64,000 nucleotides of DNA, from positions 1 through 64,000 of the forward strand of contig JAEOUH010000047.1 of the NCBI GenBank assembly GCA_016839365.1, in the 5' to 3' direction. The notes beneath the pieces are model-generated. The model did not search any database. It was not told the origin of the DNA and worked only from the letters and a program-made list of their open reading frames with translations. This DNA comes from Candidatus Hermodarchaeota archaeon (lineage in GTDB: Archaea; Asgardarchaeota; Hermodarchaeia; Hermodarchaeales; Hermodarchaeaceae). Numbering within the stretch: position 1 is the first letter of the stretch; each line of letters begins with the position of its first letter. Shown piece by piece: positions 52,601-59,956 of the stretch. A program made the position numbers and the translations under genes.

Positions 52601-53019
52601 TCCGGTGTCATCGCCGAAAGTCGGCAAAACGCAGATTTGAGCATAATTGGAAGCCGGCCTACATACACACTAATCGTTTCTTCATCATACTCCATCCCAG
52701 TCTTCTCATCCCGGTACACCGGAGTCATTTCTAAGTAAATGGGAGAGGAATAGGTGAGGTTGCGAATCCGCGCTTCCGCAGGCGCGATATTACGGACCGA
52801 CCCATCAGCCTCACGTACGGAGGGATTTTGAATCTCAACACGTCCAAGGCGCACATAATAGTTTGGAATATCGGGCTCTATCTTTCCAACATCACTAACA
52901 ATCTGTTGAATGCGGCGCTCAACAAAGTGATTGTACGAGTCCAGGTGCTGCCTGACTAAACCCTTCGAAAGAAAGAAGGATTTCATAACTGCCCAACGGT
53001 CTTCAGTCGAAAGTGCCAT
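49657..53019 (-). CDS. rpoB: RNA polymerase subunit B (unsplit Rpo2)
   Basis: GDKFASRHGQKG, GGLRFGEMERD; single 1120-aa ORF. Confidence 0.97.
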   Translation of the reverse strand: MALSTEDRWAVMKSFFLSKGLVRQHLDSYNHFVERRIQQIVSDVGKIEPDIPNYYVRLGRVEIQNPSVREADGSVRNIAPAEARIRNLTYSSPIYLEMTPVYRDEKTGMEYDEETISVYVGRLPIMLKSAFCRLSAMTPEELVEAGEDPNDPGGYFIINGSERVLVTQEDLAPNRILIEEATSSSSCTHMAKVFSTARGFRAPVTMERRADHTFRVSFPSVPGKIPLVVLMRALGLVTDREIVSAITDDPAIAQELIPSFHAAESLVAPKDPQTTRENALDYIGKRVAVGQTKDYRLRRAEQVLNRYLLPHVGTDTGSAVSKAHYVGQMTQRLLELSVNQRNQDDKDHYANKRLKLAGDLLTSLFRVAFLNLCRDIKYQLERTATRGRKPNIKTAVRADVITERLRHALATGNWVGGKAGVSQLLDRVNYMSSISHLRRVVSPLSRSQPHFEARDLHPTHWGKICPNETPEGPNCGLVKNLALMSYISVGSDEAEVEEALLSLKVQPIDAKADTAKKGAYVYLNGRFVGNHSQPELLVTRLRDRRQRNELSDQVNVAFYPDTNEVEINSDAGRVRRPLIIVKDGSPLLEKQHIERVRNREISWDDLVKAGIIEYLDAEEEENTLIAMNLEDITPEHTHLEIVPETILGICASLVPFAEHNQSPRNTYEAGMAKQALGLYSANFSLRVDTRSHILHYVQSPIVTTRPMEVIGYHRRPAGQNFIVAIHSFQGYNIEDALVLNKASIERGIARSSFFRSYDAEERKYPGGQEDKFEIPSREVRGYRASEAYRLLSEDGVIEPEFQVAGDEILIGRTSPPRFLEEYTELEVPGPKRRETSISLRHGEEGTIDKVLITETIDGNRLVKVKVRDERIPELGDKFASRHGQKGVIGLLAPQEDMPFTESGIVPDLVVNAHAFPSRMTLGQILESMGGKIGCLQGQPIDGTPFSGKKLDQMFQDLHNLGFKYSGRETMYNGVTGHKYDVDLFVGVVYYQKLHHLVADKMHARARGPVQILTRQPTEGRAREGGLRFGEMERDCLIGHGAALLLRERLLEESDKYTAMVCEECGMLAEYDRNRDRFRCRVCAPKTTTISRVEMSYAFKLVIQELISLGIWPRLKLTDRT

Positions 53020-53435
53020 AATCCACCCTCAGAGACGAATCTGCTCAACATGTGACAGGATTCTTACCCTCACCAGACGGCACCATGCTTCCATGAGCCC
53101 ATATAGCTATAGTCCGCATGAGAAACGTAGAACCCTGTGTCTATGAAGCAGAACGGGAACATTGTCTCATCAGTAATTTTGCCCGGGCAGAAACATGCGG
53201 CGCCAAACCAGCCGTCGCTCCAGCGAAACAGACCGTCTGCGAAGTTACGCGGACAATGTACAAACGCCTTTTTAAGCTTTCGATTAAACGCTTAAAATAC
53301 ACAGAAAAAACCTACACTATCTGCCCCATCAACCACTGAAAAGGAAAAATTGCGCCCGTTTCATGGTTAGGGGTTTATATTTGAACAGCAGGACAGAATT
53401 TCTTCATAATTTGAGTTTTGCGAGAGGTTTGAGCA

Positions 53436-53975
53436 GTGCCAACGAAGATTGTAATTGAATCGGAGAAAGAATGGTTCGGTTCGAGAGCCGCAGGTGTAAT
53501 GCTTGACGAGAAGAACCGAGTCCTGCTATGTCAACTGAAAGGTGATGACCTCTGGGTTCTTCCCGGCGGAGGAATAGGCCTGCATGAAACCCTACACGAA
53601 ACCATCGAGAGAGAACTCACCGAAGAAGCGAACTTCGAAATCACGGTCCAACGACTACTTTGGGTAATCGAGAATTTTTTCATCTTTCATGCCAAGAAAC
53701 ACCACATCCTTGAATTCTACTTCCTCGTAACACCCAAAGAACCAACCGGAATCTGGGAACAAGACGAATTCAAAGGACAAGAAGAGTTCCTTCCTACAGA
53801 CAACTTCTGGCACCTCCCCACAGGAAAAACCCCATTACACTTCAAATGGTTCGACATCCCAAACCTTAACGAGATCAATTTCAAACCCGCCATCCTCATC
53901 GAACTCCTCAAAGACCTCCCACAACACCCCATGCACCTAGTATGGGACACCTACGGAAGAAACACAGAAATCTAA
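53436..53975 (+). CDS. NUDIX hydrolase
   Basis: Nudix box PGG...ETL.ETIERELTEE. Confidence 0.85.
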   Translation: MPTKIVIESEKEWFGSRAAGVMLDEKNRVLLCQLKGDDLWVLPGGGIGLHETLHETIERELTEEANFEITVQRLLWVIENFFIFHAKKHHILEFYFLVTPKEPTGIWEQDEFKGQEEFLPTDNFWHLPTGKTPLHFKWFDIPNLNEINFKPAILIELLKDLPQHPMHLVWDTYGRNTEI

Positions 53976-54019
53976 CTCCCCTTTTCCCACCAAAGAGAAA
54001 CCAACGAGAAGAGAAGAAG

Positions 54020-54128
54020 TGGCGCCCGTTCCGGGATTCGAACCCGAGTCCTAGGAGATCCGCAGACCCATGAATCATCATTGATCGTTGACAGTCCCAG
54101 ATGATAGACCTGGCTACACTAAACGGGC
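54020..54128 (-). tRNA. tRNA-Asp(GTC) with canonical 37/38 intron (54058-54088, 31 nt)
   Basis: Cloverleaf on minus strand, encoded CCA; BHB CTGT/GCGG. Confidence 0.9.
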
Positions 54129-54199
54129 GCGGTGTTGTGTGGATTATTTGGGGAAATTTAAAGGTTACTCTGGTCGGAGTGGCTGGTTTGGGTGAGGGT

Positions 54200-54332
54200 T
54201 GGTCCCGGCGCCCGGATTTGAACCAGGAACCATCTGGTGTCTGCGTTGGTTGACACCCAGTCATTGCCATGATGGCTCGGGGTGCGGTGTATACCTACAG
54301 CCAGACGCTCTACCAGGTTGAGCTACGCCGGG
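54200..54332 (-). tRNA. tRNA-Tyr(GTA) with canonical 37/38 intron (54239-54294, 56 nt)
   Basis: C1-G72, anticodon stem TCTGG/CCAGA, BHB CTGT/GCAG, encoded CCA. Confidence 0.92.
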
Positions 54333-54373
54333 ATTGCGAAAAATAGGTTCGCGTGAGTCGCTTATAAGAGTTT

Positions 54374-54865
54374 TCAAAGGGTTTTGGTGAAAAGTTGGGT
54401 GAGAGTAGTGATGATTTCGTTGGCAGCGTCTTGGACGGGTTTAGAGAGGGGTTGAGTGAATTCGTCGGTGAGGGGTTGGATGCCGAGGATGAGGATAGTG
54501 GTAGCGATGTTGTTTTCGAGGTATTCGAGAAAGAAGGTGAGGGGGAGTTGGTGGGAGGAGAAGGCGATACCACCAATAGAGTCTTTATCAATGAGTTTAA
54601 TGGTGCCAGCTTCAGCTTGCATGAGGGCAGCATCGATGAGGAGGATGAGATGGGGGTGGGAGTCGATGATATGACTGAGGAAGTTTTCAGGAACCGTGCT
54701 GGCATTGATGAGTTCCACATGGGGTGGATTGCGACCTTGGAGCTGGTCAATGATGTAGGGACCGATGCCATCGTCAGCTTTGAGGTCGTTTCCGATGCCG
54801 AGGATGGCGATTTTAGGTGCGTTGGTGAAGGCTTCTGTAAGACGGTGTTGCCAGGATATCATCAA
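54374..54865 (-). CDS. hycI: Hydrogenase maturation protease (HycI-like)
   Basis: LGIGNDLKADDGIG, TVPEN, IDAA, SSHQLPL, GIQP. Confidence 0.88.
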   Translation of the reverse strand: MMISWQHRLTEAFTNAPKIAILGIGNDLKADDGIGPYIIDQLQGRNPPHVELINASTVPENFLSHIIDSHPHLILLIDAALMQAEAGTIKLIDKDSIGGIAFSSHQLPLTFFLEYLENNIATTILILGIQPLTDEFTQPLSKPVQDAANEIITTLTQLFTKTL

Positions 54866-54931
54866 GTCAGGAAAACGGGAAGAATGTTATATAGCTTCGC
54901 CTCTTGTCGCTTCAAATAGTGGTGCATAGGC

Positions 54932-55522
54932 ATGGTAGAGGAAAACGAACAGCATTCTTCAGAAGAGGAGCGCCTTCCGCTTCCTGATGAGCCTATTCCA
55001 GCGAGATTAACTCGGGGAAAAGTAGTGGTTGAAGGTGAGTATGCGTCTGTGCTCTATGAGGCGGGGTATTATGGTACGATCAAGGGTGAGCAGAAATTAG
55101 AACTTGAGCCCGAAGAAGCGCTCTTATTGGCTCGGCGACAGCGTATAGCGGTGAGTCTGCCACAAAAGGAGGTGCTGGAATTTTCTTCGCTGCTGATGCG
55201 CTTATCAGAGGGGCAGCCGGGACTTTGGACTCGTTTTCTTGTATACAGTGATCTTCGAAGCCGAGGGTATGTAGTGCGGACGGGGTATGGGAAAGGATTG
55301 TTGTTCCGCGTATATCCAAGAGGAGCTAAGATCAATGAGGCAACTGCTCAGTATTTTGTTTGCGCGATTTCCGAGGGCTCTCCCTTGAAGGTGGAAGAGC
55401 TGGATGCGTTTAGCAAACAGGCGAAACGTAACCGGAAGAAGTTGATGCTTGCTGTGTTAGACCGGCAGGGGGAGACGACGTACTACCTTGTGTCTCCTGC
55501 TGATATTGTTGCGGAAAAATAG
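54932..55522 (+). CDS. endA: tRNA splicing endonuclease subunit (probably the structural, non-catalytic subunit)
   Basis: VYSDLRSRGYVV, FRVY, KKLMLAVLD..GETTYY; the catalytic His position appears to read TAQY. Confidence 0.85.
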   Translation: MVEENEQHSSEEERLPLPDEPIPARLTRGKVVVEGEYASVLYEAGYYGTIKGEQKLELEPEEALLLARRQRIAVSLPQKEVLEFSSLLMRLSEGQPGLWTRFLVYSDLRSRGYVVRTGYGKGLLFRVYPRGAKINEATAQYFVCAISEGSPLKVEELDAFSKQAKRNRKKLMLAVLDRQGETTYYLVSPADIVAEK

Positions 55523-55538
55523 AGTAACTGTAGAAGAA

Positions 55539-55661
55539 TGGCGGGCCCGCCGGGAATTTCGACGTCAACGTTATCGATCGTATTCGAACCCGGGGTTACC
55601 AACTTAGGAGGCTGGCGCCTTCTCCGGGGAAGAAGAGCCTATCCGGCTTGGCCACGGGCCC
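55539..55661 (-). tRNA. tRNA-Arg(CCT) with two non-canonical introns (D-loop 55622-55640; T-loop 59/60 55556-55582)
   Basis: Removing the 19-nt and 27-nt BHB introns gives a 77-nt cloverleaf with anticodon arm CCAGC-CTCCTAA-GTTGG. Confidence 0.88.
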
Positions 55662-55709
55662 AGGGAATACTAGTGTGCAAGGAAGTTGATGCTTTATGCA
55701 TGTTTCGTT

Positions 55710-56399
55710 TTATCTCGTGAGTAACTTCGCACCTTTATCTTGACCGACATAGACAATATCGGCTTGAGTGGGAAAAAGGCCGTTTTCGATAACTCCAGGA
55801 ATGGCATTCAGTTGGGAATCTAGTTGTTTTGGATCAGTGATTTGCGGAAATGAGACGTCGATAATGAAGTTGCCGTTATCTGTGATTACTGGTCCAGCCT
55901 TTCGTTGGGCTTGCCGGAGCATCGGCGAGCCACCAAGACGTTGAATGCGATCTATAGAGAGAGCCAAAGCAGCGGGAAGCACTTCAACTGGAATGGGGAC
56001 CGTCGTTCCTAGGATATCCACGAGTTTTGAACTATCAACAATGATGATTAGTTGTTGCGCGGCCTCAGCCAAGATTTTTTCGCGGAGAAGGGCGGCGCCA
56101 CCACCTTTGATCAGTGCAAGATTTGGATCCACCTCATCCGCTCCATCCACAGCACAAGCTAAACTGGTGACAGCACCCAATGGGACTGTGGTAATTCCTA
56201 CATCATGTAATCGTAACTCAGTTGCATAGGAACTTGGCACAGCAGTGATGGTAATGTTTTCAGAGGCAATTTTTTCCACTAATAGGTCAATGAATATCTC
56301 AACCGTTGACCCTGTACCCACCCCCAAGCACATCCCATCAGAAACATGTGTTACCGCCGCTTCAGCAGCAAATCGTTTTTCTTCATCAACCGTCAACAT
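55710..56399 (-). CDS. rpiA: Ribose-5-phosphate isomerase A
   Basis: GVGTGST, DGADEVD, KGGGAALLREK, ITDNGN. Confidence 0.95.
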   Translation of the reverse strand: MLTVDEEKRFAAEAAVTHVSDGMCLGVGTGSTVEIFIDLLVEKIASENITITAVPSSYATELRLHDVGITTVPLGAVTSLACAVDGADEVDPNLALIKGGGAALLREKILAEAAQQLIIIVDSSKLVDILGTTVPIPVEVLPAALALSIDRIQRLGGSPMLRQAQRKAGPVITDNGNFIIDVSFPQITDPKQLDSQLNAIPGVIENGLFPTQADIVYVGQDKGAKLLTR

Positions 56400-56501
56400 C
56401 AGCCACCTGTACGCTCAACTGGCACATAGCACTTCAACCATTTGACCCTTAAAAATTCATCATCTCCCAACGAAATCCAGTTCGCACACCCAGGAAAAGA
56501 G

Positions 56502-56578
56502 TGGAGCCTCGGGCGGGATTTGAACCCGCGACCCTCGCCTTACCAAGGCGATGCGCTACCACGCTATGCCACCGAGGC
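56502..56578 (-). tRNA. tRNA-Thr(GGT), intronless
   Basis: Cloverleaf, anticodon arm TCGCC-TTGGTAA-GGCGA, encoded CCA. Confidence 0.93.
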
Positions 56579-56591
56579 TCAACAGGCTAAA

Positions 56592-56774
56592 TGGTGCCGA
56601 GGGCGGGCGTTTCGTGAAGCCCTACAGGCTTCAGTTCGATCCCGCGACCTCCAGATTTCTCCGGTGCGCCAGCAATCATCATATTTTGACCCTGGGGCAA
56701 AGCCCTATGAGTATCGCCCTGACATTTCAAGAATGTTCCAAGTCTGGCGCTCAACCAGGCTAAGCTACCTCGGC
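56592..56774 (-). tRNA. Elongator tRNA-Met(CAT) with three introns (30/31: 56713-56743; 37/38: 56657-56705; 59/60: 56609-56634)
   Basis: Three BHB motifs; the spliced product is a 77-nt GCCGAGG...CCAGA-CTCATAA-TCTGG...CCTCGGC-ACCA cloverleaf. Confidence 0.85.
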
Positions 56775-56944
56775 AGCACTAACCCACCGACCGTACCTTT
56801 TAAGCATTATTCTCAGGGCTTCCCCGATTCACAATTTTTCACACCTATTCACTAACACGAAGCAATTTTAAGCACCAAAACAACTTTGACACGCCACCAA
56901 CTGTGCGGGGCGTGTCCAAGGGTCACCGCCACAAAGACTAAGCC

Positions 56945-57055
56945 GCGGGGGTATCTCCCCCGATAGAGACCCCACAGCCAAGCTTGGTCAAAGGCGCAGG
57001 ACTTAAGATCCTGTCTCGTAGGAGTTCCCGGGTTCGAAGCCCGGCCCCCGCACCA
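56945..57055 (+). tRNA. tRNA-Leu(TAA) with intron at position 8/9 (56953-56975, 23 nt)
   Basis: BHB GGGG/CCCC, inner TCTC/GAGA; spliced 88-nt type II cloverleaf with CAGGA-CTTAAGA-TCCTG. Confidence 0.88.
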
Positions 57056-57156
57056 ATTTTCAAAAGATTTTTGTGCAATCTTGGAAGGTAGCGATTCGGA
57101 AAGCCACAAGCATCTTCCGAATCATTAATCAACAGTACTTGCACTAAATCAAATGA

Positions 57157-57231
57157 GCCTCCGTAGCATAGTGGTGGTGCTTTGGCCTTGTAAGCCAATG
57201 GTCCCGGGTTCAAATCCCGGCGGAGGCTCCA
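57157..57231 (+). tRNA. tRNA-Thr(TGT), intronless
   Basis: Cloverleaf, TTGGC-CTTGTAA-GCCAA, encoded CCA. Confidence 0.93.
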
Positions 57232-57485
57232 TTTCAAATAATGAGTTTTTAGATAATTTTGTAAAAAGCACCTTTAGAATGAAGTGTATCGAAATACATG
57301 GAATTTCATAGGGTTTAGACCAATGCGGTTGTTTATCGAATAGAGCCACAATGATTTACTCAGGTTGAAGATAATGAAACTGGGTTTTATTATCTGCAGA
57401 GCCCTTGGTATAATTAAAATTAGATTACAGCAAGAAGTTTCTAGATAAGATTTATCAAGAACCCGTCTTTTCCTATACGCGCATC

Positions 57486-57621
57486 GGGCCGGTAGTCTAG
57501 TTATCCGGTTACAACTTGTGCTGGACTAGAGCGGTATGATGCGAGAAGGAAAACGGGTTCTGTTTTTCTCGCAAAGTTTGGGACCTCGTGGTCCCGAGTT
57601 CAAATCTCGGCCGGCCCACCA
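57486..57621 (+). tRNA. tRNA-Pro(TGG) with two non-canonical introns (D-loop 57503-57531; 30/31 57546-57575)
   Basis: BHB CTAG/CTAG and TGCG/CGCA; spliced 77-nt cloverleaf with CGAGG-TTTGGGA-CCTCG. Confidence 0.88.
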
Positions 57622-57676
57622 CTTTTCTGTGTCAATGATTTCACAACACTTTTATAGCGGGGGTGAATCCTGCTGG

Positions 57677-57797
57677 GTGGCGCGGTCATAGAAGCTGGGT
57701 CACACCCGGTCTCGTCAGATCCCGGAAGTTAAGCCGGTTTCGTCGCCCTGAGTACTGATATCCGAGAGGTGTCGGGAAAAGTGTGAACTGCGCCACT
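57677..57797 (+). rRNA. rrf: 5S rRNA (stand-alone)
   Basis: Terminal stem GTGGCGC/GCGCCAC, CACCCGGTCTCGTCAGATCCCGGAAGTTAAGCC, AGTACT...GGGAA motifs; followed by a T-rich tract. Confidence 0.9.
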
Positions 57798-57900
57798 TCT
57801 TTTCCTTTCAGTCCGTTAGGAGTGGAGGGTTGACTCTAAGCAAAGGTTTTTATTTTGCCTTGAATCCGTTCCGGCAATAGCCTGAACTCTGTGACAAGTT

Positions 57901-59001
57901 ATGTTGCAATTTGCTGATTTCAATTGGATTTTCCAGATCATCTTTCTGGTCTTTTTCATGTTCATCTACCTTTATGGAACCAGGTTGCAAGGCTACATTT
58001 GGCAACGACAGGCAGAAGCGGGTCTTAAACAACTTGAAGTCTTAGCGACTCAGGGCAAGAATATCGCGGCGAAAGCCTTCAAGGATTTGAACGTCGATGA
58101 AAAGGAGCTCAAATCAACTATTGATGATTTCATGGAGTTTTTCATCATTGAGCCCGTCAATATTGACCCAGCGGGCGTATTGCAACGCTTGGAGCATGTT
58201 CTTGACGTGCGAACAACACGATATGAAGAGCACGTAGCTCGAGTTATTCCAAAAGCTACACCAGAACAACAAGCTAACGCTGAGGCGGTGCTCTCAGGAG
58301 CCATGGCCCTACACTACGTATATCGGGTTGTCCGTCATTTCTTTCTGTTGGGTAAAAAGACCAAGAGCATCTACTATACCATGCAGCTTCAGATGCAACT
58401 ACCTATGATTATCCAGATGGCTAAGGCCTACTTTGAAGCGACTCGAGCCTTTGCCGATGGCAAACCCATTGGTGATGGTATGGGTCCTCTTGCGGTTGCC
58501 CATTTTGCAAAAGAAATCAAGGCAGGAGATCCCGAAGAAATTGCTCAGCACACGATTGCGTTTTCTGGCGAATTTGAAGGACGAACTCTATGGTTTGTCC
58601 GTGCTAAGGGATACGGAAGCCAGGTTGGTAAACCCGGTGAGGGCATAAAGAAAGTTGTTGAACGCAACAAAGGTAAAATTGCCCGTATCATCACTGTTGA
58701 TGCTGGACTAAAACTTGAAGGGGAAGACACCGGACAAGTTATTGAAGGCGTTGGTGCCGCAATTGGCGACCCGGGACCTGAGAAATTCAAGATGGAGGAT
58801 TCTGGAGTCAGGTTCGAAATCCCCATCGATGCGATTGTCATCAAAGAGTCATTAGAAGATGCGCTTGCACCGATGAAGAAATCTCTTGTTGACGCTGTTC
58901 CTAAAGTTGTTGAACGGATGAAAAACGCGGTTCGTTTGCGAACAACGAAGGGTGATACCATCATCATCGCAGGCATTGGCAACACCATCGGCATTGGATA
59001 G
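57901..59001 (+). CDS. DUF1512 family protein
   Basis: PIGDGMGPL, ITVDAGLKLEGE.TG, GIGNTIGIG C-terminus. Confidence 0.8.
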   Translation: MLQFADFNWIFQIIFLVFFMFIYLYGTRLQGYIWQRQAEAGLKQLEVLATQGKNIAAKAFKDLNVDEKELKSTIDDFMEFFIIEPVNIDPAGVLQRLEHVLDVRTTRYEEHVARVIPKATPEQQANAEAVLSGAMALHYVYRVVRHFFLLGKKTKSIYYTMQLQMQLPMIIQMAKAYFEATRAFADGKPIGDGMGPLAVAHFAKEIKAGDPEEIAQHTIAFSGEFEGRTLWFVRAKGYGSQVGKPGEGIKKVVERNKGKIARIITVDAGLKLEGEDTGQVIEGVGAAIGDPGPEKFKMEDSGVRFEIPIDAIVIKESLEDALAPMKKSLVDAVPKVVERMKNAVRLRTTKGDTIIIAGIGNTIGIG

Positions 59002-59081
59002 AATTACTCTCTGCAATCGAATTTTGGCTTGTGGTAAAGCTTTTTCAACAGAATACAAAAGCAAGACATGAGGATTGCGTC

Positions 59082-59576
59082 TTGTCTGAAGTGCCATATG
59101 AATGGGCCGCCATCGGTGGAACCTTCGATCGTCTACATAAGGGACACAAGACGCTGCTTCGTCGGGCCTTCGAGTTGGGCAAGAAGGTGCTTATTGGTTT
59201 AACCACTCAGGATATGGTCAAGCATAAGCCCGATTGGGAAATAATCGCCAGTTATGACGAGCGCAAAGACGAATTAGAAAAATGGTTAGAAACCGAAGGT
59301 TATGGTGGACGTTATATTATTCGACCGCTTCACAATAAATATGGGCCTGCAATCACGATGCTTGAGCTCGAATTGATTGTAGTCAGTGAAGAAACTTGTC
59401 CAGTTGCAAAAGAAATCAATGAAATACGTCACGATTCCCAGCTGCCCCTTCTACATATCGCCGTTCTTACCATGGTTAAAGCGGAAGACCAAATCTCAAT
59501 TTCGTCCACACGTATCCGAGCTGGGCAGATTGATCGAGATGGGCGAATCATCTACCATGGTGTTCCAAGTCAATAG
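59082..59576 (+). CDS. coaD: Phosphopantetheine adenylyltransferase (archaeal type)
   Basis: GGTFDRLHKGH, YGP, VVSEET, ISSTRIR. Confidence 0.9.
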   Translation: MSEVPYEWAAIGGTFDRLHKGHKTLLRRAFELGKKVLIGLTTQDMVKHKPDWEIIASYDERKDELEKWLETEGYGGRYIIRPLHNKYGPAITMLELELIVVSEETCPVAKEINEIRHDSQLPLLHIAVLTMVKAEDQISISSTRIRAGQIDRDGRIIYHGVPSQ

Positions 59577-59699
59577 TGGAAGCTTTTTTGAGTAACCGTT
59601 TACGTTTGTTTGTAAGCAATGAAAGGATAATAGCCACCAACGAGGACGAATCCGAAGACTATGATCTGATGATGATTCGTGCAAATTTGTGGCAACACT

Positions 59700-59935
59700 G
59701 GAGCAGCGTTGAGGGTTATGCGGCATGTGACAGGCTCCTGCATGATTTAAGACGTGTCGTCAAGAGGTGACTGTGGGGGCAACCCACGATGTCCACACTT
59801 CAACGCCGGGTCGCATAGGCTCACAATGCCCGACATATTAAGAGAGGACTCGTCGGAGGAATGAAGGCGCTCCGCCCACCGATGATGATGGGGCGTTAGT
59901 GTATCGGTCAGCAGAGCAGAAGCGACCCATCACTT
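59700..59935 (+). ncRNA. Unassigned highly structured intergenic RNA
   Basis: GC-rich stems with G-U pairs on the + strand, a K-turn-like motif and a GCAA loop; family not identified. Confidence 0.5.
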
Positions 59936-59956
59936 CTCTATATTATCATCATTCAG

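Noticed and set aside
53785-53832. Relaxed BHB-like pairing (TCCT/AGGA) inside the NUDIX gene
   Set aside because: No inner stem, and excision would break an intact reading frame.
53352-54030. 9-bp direct repeat GCGCCCGTT flanking the NUDIX gene and matching the tRNA-Asp 3' end (att-like scar)
   Set aside because: Too short, with no integrase or other mobile-element genes.
54058-54088. tRNA-Asp intron as a C/D guide (ATGATGA followed by ATGGGTCTG, complementary to the tRNA-Met anticodon arm)
   Set aside because: There is no CTGA box D, the intron is only 31 nt, and these bases are explained by the intron's own hairpin and BHB pairing.
54310-54919. Long alternative ORFs overlapping hycI (54395-54919 +, 54310-54771 -)
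   Set aside because: Shadow frames arising from biased codon usage; the HycI motifs identify the real frame.
56592-56774. Reading the gene as tRNA-Pro(TGG), tRNA-Trp or tRNA-Phe with one large anticodon intron
   Set aside because: The body (GCCGAGG acceptor, A73, AGGTC variable loop) and the well-formed BHB at 30/31 support Met(CAT). A separate Pro(TGG) gene with typical Pro features exists at 57486.
56905-56944. Second GCGGGG upstream of tRNA-Leu as an extra exon or split-tRNA half
   Set aside because: No convincing BHB in any register, and a complete 5' end already exists at 56945.
59576-59770. 64-aa ORF after coaD, and the small ORFs overlapping tRNA genes (e.g. 56442-56855, 55538-55720)
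   Set aside because: No recognisable motifs; the regions are better explained as RNA genes or structured RNA.
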